DNA of 64,000 nt from Negaprion brevirostris (GCA_030324005.1 JARDVH010000001.1:140804662-140868661), one strand, 5' to 3'. Counted from the stretch's first letter, positions 36,549-51,275 are shown. Notes: generated by a model not told the origin, from the letters alone. Made by a program: numbers and translations.

Positions 36549-38989
36549 TGGTTCACCTCGAAGACCTTGCTTGCTTACTTGGTTCCTCCGAATTTTAATT
36601 TTATACTATCTCTTTGGGGTCCAGAACTGCCTCTGCAGCACCCATTTCTCCTGGTGAGGCTGATGAGGTGTTAGAATAGCCAGCCCTGTGATTGGACCAG
36701 ATGTCTGCCATCTGTTTTTATAAGGATGACAAAGCCAGAGGTGCCCGGCTAATAGGCTGCCTCCAATAACATGGCTAAGACTGACCACTGCCAACATGTG
36801 GCTTAGAACCCACCCTGTGTTGAGGGGTCCCAAACACTGCAGTAAATTCCTGTCTATCTTAGCTAACAAATTTTGATAGCAGTCAGCTGAATCAAAGTGA
36901 CTATAATCGCAGGGGGTTATATTGGGCCCTGTTGTGCCTATTTCTTGGATGCTATACCACTAACGTTCTAAAAAGGTGACGAGAGGCACGTGCACACTTA
37001 CTCACGAAAATGTACAGGACACTGACAAGGTAAAGGAATGTATGCGTATATGTCTAACAATCACTGGCAACATGTAGAGCAGCAAGATGATGACACGAAT
37101 CATTGTGCAACGCTAATGTGAAACCACCGCTGTAATTTTGCAATTCCACGCTTCAGCAAAGTCCTGCCTTAACCTTCCACAGCTGAACATGACACTGAGC
37201 AGAACAAAAGAGCCTCACCAACATTATTTAAAGGGGTCATGAAACACTTGCAAGTTAGTTGATGTTGTAGGTGCTTTTGGAGGTTTCCTCTGCTTGCATG
37301 GTCAGCTATCTGCAATAAATTACAGCATAGATTCAGTTAATAAAGGACTTCCACACTATTCCTTGCAGCTGCAAGGCACCTAGATTAACTGNNNNNNNNN
37401 NNNNNNNNNNNNNNNNNNNNNNNNNNNNNNNNNNNNNNNNNNNNNNNNNNNNNNNNNNNNNNNNNNNNNNNNNAATCACATTAAACTGCAGGTGGCAGAA
37501 AGTTAACATGCTGCTTGCAGCACAGTGAATGGGCACAGATTAATTACATGCCATCCTCCCCATGCCCACTTTCAAGGGTTATCCAATTTAACCCCAGTTA
37601 TCTCTTCCGCAGCTTCTGGCTCACTGAGCCTAAGCGTAAAAATTATCATAATTTCTTCCAGGGAAAGCAGCAAGTTTATTATTATCTTTTCACACTGCTT
37701 GCATCCAGTTACAAATTAAGTAATAAAGTTGAACCATGAAGGATTGTGCTATTATTCATGGTGATTAATCCTCAGGCTAGAACTTTAGCACCTCAAACAA
37801 ATATAAGCTTAAAATATTTTATCACTGAGAGAAGCAGCAAAATGGTAACTCATTATTGGGCAACAGCACATTTTTTTAAAAACGCAAGAGCTGTGCCACA
37901 ATGTATAAAATGGCAGTATACTGTGAAAGTAAAGGCAATTGTGAATGTCAGCAGTGGTGGAAAAATATAGGAGCAAATACTGAAATATTTTTCCCTGTGT
38001 TTTAAATTACGTGCATGTCTAATTCAATTTTAAAACCACTGAACATATCTCTATTTAGAATGTGCCAGAATTTTCTGTTGCTTTTATTCTATTCCAGTCT
38101 CTCTTATTAATTTATTCCTTCATCTTTTCATTGAATGTCGTGCACTGATGATACTGCAAAACCTATTTTTGGACCACCTATTTAGAATATCCACAGCTTT
38201 GTTAAGATGTCCACCAGTGAGGCCCTAAAGCTACAAAGCACAAATTGGGAACAGAGGAGAATATGCCTTAGTGAACTTTGTGGGTATGCCACTTACAGTC
38301 AGTTGTTTGGTCAACCATTTTACAATGCACTACTTATATGTTTTTTAAATGTCAATTCATATGAGCAAACCTAAACAATTAATATTAACTTAATATGAAC
38401 ACAGATGTTTTGCATCATAAATACTGAGAACGTTGGAAGTTGTTTGAGAAAAATCAATTTAATTCATCATTGTACAAGATCATCAATCAGAAGGGAAACT
38501 TCAGGCACAGTTGAGAGGTTAGCTGCAAATTAATGTCAACAAATTTGAAACAAAACTATGTAATTTTCGTTCAAGTTTAATCTGAATTCCAAAATATCAA
38601 ATAGGCAGTTGCAAATTACCTTACAAAGCTCATTTTCAAAGTTAATTATTATCTGAATGAAAATAATGTAAAAGGGACCAAATTGTTATAACATACAGAA
38701 AGTGGTGCATTGTCATGCATAGCATGGTAAGTTGAATTTCATATTAAATGAAAGTTCTGAGTCCCAAAGTAGCCATGCAAAGTTGCATGCCAAAAGCGAA
38801 TACAAGACTAGAGCCATTCATGTTCTTCAGTGTACATAGCGGAGAGCATATTCCACATGGGGTCGTTCTTGTTCACAATAGTAGGCGTTGTGGTTTCAAG
38901 AACACTATTGTAGAAAAGGTTCTTGATGAAAAACACATTGGCGGCACAAAGTTTAAAAAAAACTTTCCTTTTTTTTGCTTGATGCGAGG

Positions 38990-39620
38990 AGTAGGATTTT
39001 AAGGATGGCGAACGATTGGTGCTCTCTACTGAGAATTTGGGCCTAATGTGCAAGCACCAATTCTCAAACTCCCACTGCCATTTAACACTCATTTGAGCAT
39101 CGATTGGCAGTGGACGAGACTTCCATCCTCCCTTGAAAAGACCCACCCATGAGTGATGTCAGCCAATCAGATTGGCTGACAGCTCTTCAACCTAGTGAGG
39201 CAAAGTCCTTCAGTGGCCAGAAGCGGCACTGCAGTGCTCTACCGGGGCCTAAGTACCAGGACCTTTAAATAACTAAGTCCTGTTGGTCCAGGAGAGTACA
39301 GGACAGCCTGGGAGGGAGGTGACACCCCAACTGAGGGAACCTTCAGATTGAGGTCCAAGATGGGGAAAAGTGCAAATATCACTTTCCCACCTACTTACAC
39401 CCCACTCCCACCAGCCGAGAAATTGAAACTGGGTGGGATATGGTCCTTAAATGGCCATTTAAGGATCTTATAGGTGAATGGGCTGGTCTCCTGCCCAACA
39501 CCCAAGCATGAAATTGCATCTGGGTTAGTGGGTGGGTTCCAGTGGGGAATCCCACCCATTCAATATTACGGTCCCCCTCCCGCCACAGAACCCACCTCAG
39601 GGGAGCGTGAATTTCTGCCC
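38990..39620. mobile_element. GC-richer non-autonomous DNA-transposon-like element
   Basis: Termini gagtaggattttaag and gtgaatttctgccc resemble the MITE ends elsewhere in the window. Composition shifts relative to the flanks. Confidence 0.4.
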
Positions 39621-39719
39621 ACAGTTTGCTTCAAAGAGAACCCTAAATGATTTAGCTGGTAAAATAGCCACCCTGTTTCAAACTAAGAGATATCCTGAGT
39701 AAAAACCCAGGTTTCAAGC

Positions 39720-40126
39720 TGGTCATTGGTGAGATAATTATTCTGGCAGATTCTGGGTTCAAATCCCACTCTGGGAGTTGAGCACTAAAATCAAGACTGA
39801 CTTTCCAGTGAAGTCCTGCACTGTTGGTGCAGTTTCAGATAAGACTTTAAACTGAAGCTTCATTAATGCCTGCTTGGCTGGATGGAAAATGTCCCATGGC
39901 ACTATTTTGGAGCAGGGGAGCTATCCCCAGTGCTGTGGCTAATAATCATCCCTCAGTCACAATAACAGATTATCGGATCATTATCACATTGCTGCTTTTG
40001 AGAGCATGCAGTATGCAGTTTGGCTGCCGCATTTCCTAAATTACAACACTGACAAACATCAAAAGTAACTCATTGAGGTGAAGTGCCTTGAATTGTTGGT
40101 GACTGTGGATGTTGCTAGTCTTTTTT
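39720..40126 (+). mobile_element. DeuSINE (SacSINE1/AmnSINE1-related), near full length and old
   Basis: B-box gggttcaaatccc at 39755-39767. Deu domain tcccatggcactattttggagcaggggagctatccccagtgctgtggctaataatcatccctcag...acagattatcggatcattatcacattgctg...ttggctgccgcatttcctaaattacaaca. Confidence 0.8.
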
Positions 40127-43100
40127 CAGTAGAGTTGCTGACTAACTTCAACACCTCTGGATTAAAAAGGGGAACAAAAATCAGTCAGCCAAGTTTTCTG
40201 TTTCTGTTTGCTGTCCTGTGAGTCTGTTATTTACATGTGGGCATTGGATGATGGCAGGATTAAGTTTATTTGTGATGATCCCATTATGAAATGTCCTGAC
40301 AATCACTGTACAAGTTTCCACAGGAACAACAACCATCTCAGTATTCCTGAACCCCCAGCAAGAGTTGACATTTTAAGGGAGGTAATGGGAGAAATTTTTA
40401 AATATTAAAGGTAATACTTATGCTCAGAGTCTAGGGGTGAGTTAAATTGATGACAAATGATACCATTTAATTATAAAACTTCCTGTAAAATTCTATCTGC
40501 GCTAAATAGATACAGTTCAGCATCTCAAATCAAGATGATGAGTAATAGGCTTTTGAAAATGCTTTAGACTTGTGAAGAAATACTTGCAAAATAGCCATGA
40601 TTTTTTTACACACAGCAAGTCAGTAAGATTTGATTCTCTGAGGACAGTTTGGTTTTTACTTAGCCCCTGTTCAACATGCATATACAGATCCGAACAATGG
40701 CCACTACATCATTCAGAGACATGCAGCCAAGACAAATCATTTCCAATCAATCTTTTTCTTCCATCACTGTGTAAGCTTGATAGCGAAAGGGTTTGGTTCT
40801 TGTTTCCTGTTAATCAAGCACAAATCAAAAATATCAATTCAACATAATACAACTTTTCAGCTGAAATGACATCGTATCCCTTTTACTCTGTTCACAATTG
40901 CATTTTGTGTGCATCTGAATCCATTGTGTGTTGTCGAGGTGTTTTCTTTGGTAAGATTCCCACATGAACAAACTCCATATGAAAAACTGGCTGAAATCAG
41001 TGCCATATAATGATGCATTGTACTGAATGCTGGTGGTTATTATTGACACGCAAGGTGGCAAACACATAAAGCTTTTGAAATCAGGGTCCATTTTAACTCC
41101 TTGGTGACTGGAATGGTGGCATGGGGGTGAAAGATTCAAAGGTATGAAAAATAAGCCAGTTTTTAAACACTGCAAGTGTGTGTGTGGTGAAGAATTTATT
41201 TGATTTAAAAGAGTAAGGGTCAATTCTTAATATAGTTAACAAATTAAAATGCTGAGTGTATTCAGTTCCTCAATTCTGCTATATAATATTCAACTATATA
41301 AATTTACTGAATATCATTTTTACAGATGTTCTGTGATCAGAACCACATGCACATTTTTAAAATGGCAAGCAAAATGTAGAGCTCAAGGATTTAAAACTCG
41401 AGAGAAGAATTGCCTGGGAGAAACCAATTTATGCTAATAAGACCTTGACTAAACTAATAATAGTGGTTGATAATCTAAGAACATACTTGCAGCATATAGT
41501 TTGTGTGGAATGTTTTTGTTGGAACTGGCTATTGAAATGACTTCTGTCCACATTAATACACAGTAAGGTTTCTCTCAGAGATGTACTCTTTGAGTCCACA
41601 GAACATGGGCAGTCAGAGGCAATTTAACAGGATAGTTACATATTTAAGAGTTCACCTAATATTTGCAAAGCAAGACAGTCAAGTTCAGTGATTATTATGG
41701 CCTGAAATTGAACATTCCAAAAAATGATCAGCTTTAAATGTACATTTTATAATGTAATTTTGTGTACATAGCAGTGATTACTGGTGACTTCATTGAAGAA
41801 TATGCTTGGAAGGATTATGTGGGCTTATGGTTCTATTATTGCATTGAACTGGTTTAAGAAGTGATTCTATATGTTCATTTCCTGCTGTTAAAGTCACCCC
41901 ACTGGGATAGTGTTAATAATGCTCGACAAGGTAACAGCAGCTTACTGCAGCTGCCAACCTGAGTGGCTAATTCATTCCACCAATTATAACTTGGCAAGTT
42001 ACAGAAGCAATACAAATAGAATAATGAAAAAAATTAAACATTTGTCTATTAGGACATCCCAATCAGTTGATTGGAACTGATGCACTGACCCAAGTACACA
42101 TATGACTCTTTTTGTAATTTACCTCCTGTCTTAGAAATGTGTTTGTGTAGCAGCTCTGTCAGAATTTTAGGATCTTTGAAGTTGTACACACATCAATATT
42201 TATCATGGAAATTGTGCTGTGTGTAAAAAAATTTGTTTGGATTCACGTTTGTGACACTGAATTATAAATTTCTTTCTCCACTGATTAACATTTGTCAGGT
42301 CACTGCCCATTTTGTAGCCAAATGAGCCGCTTGCAGAATTATTCATACAGTCAGAATACTCAGAACCCTGCTTGGCCATGGAACTAACCTTCCACACCTC
42401 AAACACAGTCCCTGATTTGCAAGCAGATGTGGACAGCCAAAAGACTTTATTTATCCCAGAATCCTTGATGAGGTTCATAAAATTAGTTGGCTGTTAAATG
42501 CTGGGCCAGTTTAATTATGTGCATCTGACCACTTAGCAAAATTTGTAAGTGTTTGTTAATGAATAAGCTGGAAAAAAGTTTGCCTATTTGATCAAAGTAT
42601 GAAGAATGTTCCATTTGGCAGTGGATAGCTTTGATCCCCTAATAGCTGAGGGTAGTTTGCAAAGCTGAAGCATAATTTCAAATCTTAAATCGAATTAAAA
42701 ATTTTAGAAATTATTTCTGCACTGCTGTTGCAAAATGCTCTTTGTTATTTTGTTTAAATAGTTTACGAGATAGTTAATGTAGTCTGGGAGAAATCGGCTA
42801 CTTTGCAGTAGGCTCCAGTGGTTGGAAATAAAGTATTTTATAAACCCAAGAAATCATAAGGCGCATTTATCTGTTGAAGTTGGTAGATAAACGGGCACAA
42901 TCCTGGAGGGGGTGGCGAATGCTTGTGCTACAACTGCTCTCCTTGTAAGGTGACATCCTGCAAATTATCTTTGATGCTTGGGATATTGTTTTCTGTCAAG
43001 CTGTTTGAAATGTGTTTAAAATTTTTCTATCAATTCGTATCTCTTTCTTTATCTCTCTAGATACTTAAATTCCATGAGTCTTTGTAGCTATTCAATTTTA

Positions 43101-45256
43101 TGTTACCCGGTCAGCTCCCTGACCAGAGGAGAACTCTTTGCAAAAAGGAGAACCAATAGAAACATTAGACTCATTGAGTGCTCTGCGCCCTCCCATTGGC
43201 ACCCAAATCTGTGAACAGGCAGGACAAACGTTGCATTGGCAGATGTTTAGTGTGGCAGAGCCTCTTATTCCCAGTGGACAATGAAACAGATGACCTGATG
43301 GCACACCTAATATATTTGAATATCTGGCTAACCATGATGTTGGATATTTTCTGAGAGCATCCCTGTCATAGTCCATCAAGATTATAGTGCAAAGTAGGTA
43401 TACCAAGGAGGGCAAGCACCAGCACAATCTTGTCTGCACTCATCAAGACCGTGTCAAACATTATGCAGGCAATGCTCCACCTGGCAACACACATGCTATC
43501 CTGTTATGTTCTTTCTAAATACTTAGAAAATCTTATTCTTACTGTGTTGTTCCTTTAATTGTATCCAACTCTTTAAATGAATACTTCAGCGCAATGTCCT
43601 NNNNNNNNNNCCATTGTTTGTCTTGCTGCACACAACCAAAACTGCACTTGGAGAACTACATAATTGTGATAATAAGCTGACATTGAAAATTAGTTGCAAA
43701 TACCAGTGACAAGTTTGCCATCACACTTTTGCTGGTTGGCTCAAAGTTAAAATACAGCATGTCAGAAGTGAAGGGCAAAATATTAACAAAACCTCCAATG
43801 AGAAACTGCTAAGGACTTTGAAAATGACCAGTGCTCTATGATTGGTCAGAAAATATGCCTGTTATAAAATGATGGCACAGCTGATTATTCAGAACACTCT
43901 GAAAATCTGTTTATTTTTCCCCCCCGTACCTGGAAATTGCTAATATTCAAAGTATCTCAACAGATATGCCACGGGTATATTAACCTTTAGCCCTGTCTGT
44001 TCCAGTTTTAAAAAATTTTTTTTACCACAGAGGTTGGTAGTTCGAGTCTGGAAATTTCCCAACTCAGCAGATCTGCTTCAGTTTAAAGGATGGAGTCGGG
44101 TTTGCTGACCCCAGAGGTGGATCCTGGTGGCCGCATGGAAATTGACTTTCTCAGTCACAATAAATCAGTTTCTCTGTTATTACGTTGAATACATGGAAAA
44201 ATACCTCTCATATTAAGAGTAGTTAAAAGTAGTCTTCTAGACTACGTAATTCATCCTATATCTTTTTTCTTGATCCTCTGGTTCTGTCTTTTGATGCCAG
44301 TGCTTAAGGAGATTTGACTGTTTATTCTGTGTTCACCAAGTTCCCAGATAACCCATTGATTTCACTGTGTGTGCCATTGAAAATCAAAATTGATCCAAAT
44401 AATGGCAACATGCTGTGAGATGCTTCATTCCAGAAAATTCTTAGCCAGTGTCTCTAGCTTACCAGGCGAATAATAGATTCCGGATGGTACAGTGAAACAC
44501 CTCTGTCCTTACAAAAAACTGCATTTGTTGGAGCTTTTACAACACATGGAGGTACCTCAGCACGTGCTTCACTTCAGGCTCACGGTTGGGGTAAAGCTCC
44601 CTAATTCAGCGCACTTTGCCATTGACGATTGAAGTTTAATTTATCACACCATTTTTATAGACGATTTTAAAATTCTGTGGCAGGCATGCATGGATGTCTT
44701 GAAAATTGCTCAATCTCCTAGAATTTGATTCACAATAAGTGGCTTGATCCATGAGTTCACTTGTAATGTGTAACATGCTGAGTCTTTGTATTTTTCTATG
44801 TATTTTTGTGAATACAACAGAACTCAGTCCGAGGAAATTGAAGTGCAGACTTATGGTGCTTGATTTTTAGCCCCCGCTGAGGCTAGGAGCAGGGGCTCTG
44901 GTCATCAGTCTCAAAAGAAAAATCACATCGAGTGATTGTTTTCTACATGGTGCAGTCTTCTGAGCCCCATTTGAGTCGGACTGGGGCAAGAGGAGATCAG
45001 AAGCCTGCAGAGAAATTCCTGCCTATGGTCTCAATCCTAGAGCTCTATCATTCCTATGTTGGCTGTGGATATTGACTTCATATAGAATCATCAAACCATT
45101 CAGAATGATAACTGAATTATTAGCATCTTTAAAAATACAGTGTACAATATACATCATGCAAAATTTGAGACTAGTACAGATGACTGAATTATCACAAACA
45201 GATAATTAAGGAACTGTATATCATTGGTATCAGAACACATTCTCAGAGTTCATATG

Positions 45257-46128
45257 TTTGATTTTGATTTGATTTATTATTGTCATTAGCATACAATGAA
45301 AAATATTGTTTTTTGCGTGCTATACAGACAAAGTATACCGTTCGTAGAGAAGGAAACGAGAGCGCAGAATGTAGTATTACTATCATAGCTAGGGTGTAGA
45401 GAAAGATCAACTTAATGCAAGGTAAGTCCATTCAAAAGTCTGATGGCAGCAGGGAAGAANNNNNNNNNNNTCAGACTTTTGTATTCTTATCCCAGTGGCA
45501 GAAGGCAGAAGAGAGAATGTCTGGGACGCGGTCCTTAATTATGCTGGCTGCCTTGCCGAGGCAGTGGGAAGTATAGACAGAGTTAAGAGATGGGAGGTTG
45601 GTTTGCATGATAGATTGGGCTACATTCACAACCTTTTGTAATTTCTTGCGGTCTTGGGCAGAGCAGGAGCCACACTAAGCTGTGATATAATCAGATAGAA
45701 TGCTTTTTATGCTGCATCTGTAGAAGTTGGTGAGAGTCGAAGCTGACATGCCAAATTTCCTTAGTCTTCTGAGAAAGTAGAGGCATTGATGAGCTTTCTT
45801 AACTATAGTGTCGGCCTGGGGGACCAGGACAGATTGTTCGAAGCTCTCGACCTTTTGTACTTCATCCCTGTTGATGTAGACAGGGGCATGTTCTCCTTTA
45901 CTCTTCTTGAAGTCGATGACAATCTCCTTCATTTTGTTGGCATTGAGGGAGAGATTACTGTTGCCCCACTAGTTCACCAGATTCTCTATCTCATTCCTGC
46001 ACTGTCTCGTCATTATTTGAGACCTGACCCACTACAGTGGTGTCATCAGCAAACTTGAAAATTGAATTGGAGGGGAATTTGGCCATGTAGTCATAGGTGT
46101 ATAAGGAGGATACTAGGGGGCTGAGAGT
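45257..46128 (-). mobile_element. 5'-truncated Rex1/Babar-type LINE (RT C-terminal half plus 3' UTR), inactivated
   Basis: Minus strand gives LSPLVSSLYTYDYMAKFPSNSIFKFADDTTVVGQVSNNDET, then KEIVIDFKK...HAPVYIN...IVKKAHQCLYFLRRLRKFGMSASTLTNFYRCSIKSILS. The tail is ...atgacaataataaatcaaatcaaaatcaaa. Frameshifts are present. Confidence 0.88.
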
Positions 46129-48404
46129 TGTTGCTGATTCTTACTGATATATAGAATTATATAAAATGATTATATAGAATGCATCAAATCTAAACCAGTG
46201 CAATGAAGATCAGAATGCCAGATATAAAACACAGGATGGCTGCCAGTAGACAGTCCAAAAGTTCTCGTATCACTGCAAGCTAAAGAGTGAAATTTAATCA
46301 GCAGAACCCTTTTCATTTTCTATATTAAACCGTTCTTTAATTTTTGGCATTATTCATGTCAGAATAGGGCTAAATCATACAAGATCTCAATGAATGTAAA
46401 TTGTAGAAAAAAATGAATTTTAAATTAATATTTAACTAATCATGGTCAATGTAGTTTGCTTTCTTAAATATTAACTTGTCTAACCTGGTGGGTGTGCCAT
46501 TTGCTTAGTTTATAATCTGCAAGTACTGGAGCTAACAAAATCTACAAATGAGAGAAGGTATCAAATTGTACACAGCTGGTATTTGTACAAGAGTAATAAG
46601 ACTGAGATTTGACTCATGTTTGTAACATACCATGCTGGGCAACTGTGAGGAAATGAAAATCACTAGGAAATTTCTATACTTGTGGTAGGAAAATAAACAT
46701 CAGTGCAATAGTTACACAGGTCATCATCCACTCTGATTTGTATGAGCTGAGCAACCAAATCTGAGAGTTTGGTCAAACGTCTTCTGGCACTGTTACAATG
46801 TTGTAGCACACACTGCCACTGTTTTTTGTGTACTGTTACGCTTCCAACAGAAACAGAACCCATTACAGATGAAGACCTCTTTTTGGCTGTCACAATATAG
46901 CTTTAGTTGTAAAGGAGAAACTAGCAGAAAGATGAGCATCTTCTGGTAAAATTTAAGAGTTAATTTTCTGGGAGCGGTTTTTTTGGAGTATGTCTGTTGA
47001 TGTTCAGAACTTCTGCCTACCCCATGACAAAAGAAAAGAATAATGTGCATTTATATCATGTCTTGCACTTTCTGAACTGCTTTAGAATCCATATACACAG
47101 GGGCACTTGACCCCTGCCTCAGATATTGGGTGAAAAGACTCTTGCTTATTGCAAGCAAGTGCTCACTCATTATTTTCCAACACNNNNNNNNNNAAGAAAA
47201 ACATTTTTTTGGTGGATATATATTTTCTGTTCTTGCTTGATTATCATTTACAACAGTCATAGTTTATGAATTCAGCGTGTAGGTCACAACAGTCAAACCC
47301 TTACAGCTTCCTGAAAGCCGTCAATCATTCTGTAGTCAATTGCTTGCAGCAAACTGCCATTTTCACTTTTAAAATCCCTCCTTCAAAAGTCTTTAGCATG
47401 GCAGGACATCAAGAAATCACAGGTACCCTCTGTATCCAGTTGGGAGTTGGCGGCAAGGGCAGAAGGATTGCTTTCAGAAGCATCCATTTTTCCAGATGCT
47501 GGATCCCTCAATCAAGCTTTCCGGGGAATGGGGAAACTTGTTGCATATTAAATATGCTACTTTTCTGATTTTCTTTACAGTCAGCCATGCATCTGACATA
47601 TGAAAAATTTAATACACATGTTTCACCACCCAATCTTCAGAGAAACCCACAGAAGTAGAATTCCTGCATGTCTTGACAAGAGGTGCAGAGCCTCCCTTCA
47701 GGAANNNNNNNNNNNNNNNNNNNNNNNNNNNNNNNNNNNNNNNNNNNNNNNNNNNNNNNNNNNNNNNNNNNNNNNNNNNNNNNNNNNNNNNNNNNNNNNN
47801 NNNNNNNNNNNNNNNNNNNNNNNNNNNNNNNNNNNNNNNNNNNNNNNNNNNNNNNNNNNNNNNNNNNNNNNNNNNNNNNNNNNNNNNNNNNNNNNNNNNN
47901 NNNNNNNNNNNNNNATGCGAGGTTTTATTATTGAGCCAACCTGACTGTTTATTTTGATGATTTACGCTGCTGCATTTCCCTGGTATACAGCTGCTCAGGT
48001 TTTGGATTGCAGGGACTAGTGGGGACAGCTGACTCAGCTCCAATTCTCTTATCATCTGATATATTATTCTGTTCATTCAGTGATTGATTAATACAGCGTC
48101 AACCCTTTTTTAAGTGAACAGCAGTTGTTAGGAACACCCTACAGGCAGAACTCAGCATCCCACAAGTCAACACAAAATGTACACCATCCATTTAGCCACA
48201 GCATGGCCCCATTGACCAGTGATTCCATAAATTGGAAATTGTGGAGCTTCAGCAGTGGCTGTTTGTCTCCCTGAATAATAGTCAATACCAAAACTTGGAT
48301 GTATGAGTTCATGCTCCCATATCAGACCTCTGAATATTGCCTCTGAAGCGTCTCAAGTCGCAGAATTTCTTCTTTAACTTTATAATAGATCTTCCCCTTC
48401 TGTT

Positions 48405-48600
48405 CATGCTGCCAGGGATGGTGGTGCAGGCAGAAGCAATAAGGGCTTTTAATGGGCTTTTAGATAAGTGCATGAATATGCAAGGAATAGAGGGATTTGG
48501 ACCAAGGGCAGACAGAAGGGATTAGTTTAATTTTGGTATCATGTTCGGCACAACATCTCAGGCCAAAAGGCCTGCTCCTGTTCTGTACTGTTCTGTGTTT
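48405..48600 (+). mobile_element. CR1 LINE 3' end
   Basis: LPGMVVQAEAIRAFNGLLDKCMNMQGIEG followed by ggccaaaaggcctgctcctgttctgtactgttctgtgtt. Confidence 0.8.
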
Positions 48601-49652
48601 GGATCTATGCACAATAGCTTGCGATCTGCCAGCCACTTCTGTGTTCTGTACATTCAGTCCAATCCTGCACACGGTGAACACTCATTAATAACTGCTTGAC
48701 ACAGATCTTCACAGGAGGGAGATTGAAAAATCTATCCAGCGTAAAGCTAACTCCCGCTCGAGGATGCTTAGTAACAGGTCAGTGGAAGCCAGAGCTGTTG
48801 CTCTCTCTAACTACCTTCCCTATTCCAGAATATCAGAAGCATTTTCTGCTGAACAACCTGAGAGTATCTGTTCCTATCAAGAATTACAGGAAGAAATGAC
48901 TGGGGGAGACCATTTTTCAATTAATTTCAAAATCTGGATTCTTAAAATCAATAATGCTTCATTTCAGTAATGCAGCTAGGAGACAGGACTCAGAAGATGG
49001 TATAAAATATAAGATCAAAACTCAAACTGTCAACCTAAACCTCAAGAGTGTCAACCTTGAACACACTTTGGGCCCCAATATTTCTGATTCAGTGCAGAAT
49101 CTGGTCTCCCAGTATTCTGTGGACCTATGACTCACGGCATTTCTGTTAACTGGATCCCACCACAAAGACCAGTTCGACTCTGGCCAGAAGTGCTTTAGGG
49201 TTGGCCAGGAGCAATTAGGAAATTTGTGGCTGCTGGTAGGAGCATCAGCCCACCCATTCTTGATGACTAAATTACTCCCTTGCTTTTGTTATCAGGGCTG
49301 CATTCTTTTGCCAAAACCACGTTTTACTCAGGGATCATCCTGCAGAGCACAAGTAATCTATGATTTATTTTTTCCAGTCTCAATCATTTCCTTAAACCGC
49401 TTTATCCCGCCTCTTTTATTCCCACTCCAGCAGTAGGTATAGCGAACTCGAGTTTTTTATCACTTAGATTGAAACTAGCTGTTTAGGTGCTTCCATATTC
49501 CCATTCAGCAATAAAGATAAATCTTCCTCACACTTCCCCTGCCCTCGCCCTGAACCCACATCAACTACCCCCTGCATGTCTGCTGTAAGCTCACATTGTC
49601 TTTGACACCATTCTCATGCTCCCTTGACCGTATTCCTAGTGAAATATTCCAA

Positions 49653-49961
49653 GGCGGCATGGTGGCACCGTGGTTAGCACTGCTGCCTTGCAGCACCTAG
49701 GACCCGGGTTCGATTCCCAGCTTGGGTCACACTCTTGTGTGGAGTTTGCATGTTCTCCTCGTATCTGCGTGGGTTTCCTCTGGGTGCTCCAGTTTCCTCC
49801 CACAATCCAAAGATGTGCGAGTTAGGTGCAATTTACCACGGCCAATCAATCTAAGTGTCAGGGGGATTAGCAGCGTAAATACGTGGGACTACGGACGTAG
49901 GGGCTGGGTAGGATTGTGTTCGGTGCAGACTGAATGGCCTCCTGCGCTGTAGGGATTCTAT
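49653..49961 (+). mobile_element. Full-length HE1-like V-SINE with tail A
   Basis: ggcggcatggtggcaccgtggttagcactgctgcc...gggttcgattcccagcttgggtcac, V-domain, and tail gaatggcctcctgcgctgtagggattcta. Confidence 0.9.
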
Positions 49962-51169
49962 AAATGCTGACAAATTGACTTCCGTCTCCTTAGGTAGCAT
50001 CCCAAGATATGGCATGTAGTTGAGAAATAGAATTTTCTATAAGATATTAAAAATGGGACATCTTCAAGAGCAGATATTTTCCCAGGTGCTTAGAGGTAGG
50101 AGGGATGGGGAAAAAAAACTAGAAAAAACACCTTGGGGTGGTTTGCTGGTATATTTCCACCTCTGGCAGCTTTTCCCAGGAATGAGTTGTTGGAAAAGTT
50201 GAAAATCCTCACAATTGAGGTGGGATGGCAATTCAATTCATTTAAGAGATATTTTCCCAGTGGAATCTCTCTTTCCCTACAGGAGAGCAATGTACACCAT
50301 AAGACTCCCAACAATCTGGCTTTCTCATGCTAGTTTGCTGCAGTCACACCAGAAAAGGAAGAATGTGCAAAATTAGTTTCTTAATAGTCAACGCTTTACT
50401 TTCAGTGCGCTGCCTTTGTAGCCAGACTTGATAACAAAGCAGTAATTCTCTCCGCACTCACCACCCACCACCCCAATCTCAGCATCTGAGATGGATAAAC
50501 CTTCCTGCTATCCAGCCAAATCAAGTTCCTCTATCTTGGCAGGGATCAGTAAAAGAGTGTTTAGCATTCCTCCCTCAGTCTTCACTTTACATATTTCTGG
50601 TGGGTCTTTTTATCCATCAAGCATAGGGAAAAGGGAGTTAGGCTGTAAATGCTGATGAGGAAAACCGCTTACTGCCTGACTACCACTTTGTCCCATGATG
50701 GGTTATCGTGTGTCCGCATGTCCTTCCCAAGATTGCACTCTCTAGGGAGGTGGATGACATGGAGAGTAGATGCAGATGCCTGTGACTCACATGCATTCAC
50801 TACTCCTGAAGCAGCTAGTGTGTGGGGCACAGTTTACATTTCTGACTGTAACCTTTACTCTCCCTCCGTGGTTGCAGGATGGATATTTCAGCTTTGAGGT
50901 ATCCTATTCCTCAATGATATGTCACTAATTGGAAGCTGGAGTCTTCTGTTTTGCATGGCTCCTCTCCTTGACCCTTTCACTTATAGGGAGACATTCCAAG
51001 AGCCTTGGAAGTCCAAAAGCAGGGCTAGCTGCCATTTAAAAGTGCCAGCTCCTTCAGTAAGATAATCAAATATGGCATTCCCACACTGATTCCTGTATCC
51101 ATCGTGCCACTCCAGATCTGCTCTGGATTTCTGTCAACTTAAGTTCCAATGGCAGAATCCTCAGTGCAA

Positions 51170-51275
51170 CAACTGAATTCTGCCTAGTGGCTTTGGCCTT
51201 CTCCGTAATTAGTTGGGAAAATTTTCTATTCATCCCGTACTGCATATCAGACAAACAGTTTGACAATTTATGAGC
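51170..51275 (-). mobile_element. L2-type LINE RT fragment
   Basis: Minus strand LSNCLSDMQYGMNRKFSQLITEKAKA resembles the L2 motif L..CLSDI..WM..NFLQLN..KTE. Confidence 0.55.

Noticed and set aside
43098-43439. 113-aa minus-strand ORF in a slightly GC-richer patch
   Set aside because: I recognise no domain or splice structure. It is probably a decayed repeat and cannot be supported as a gene.
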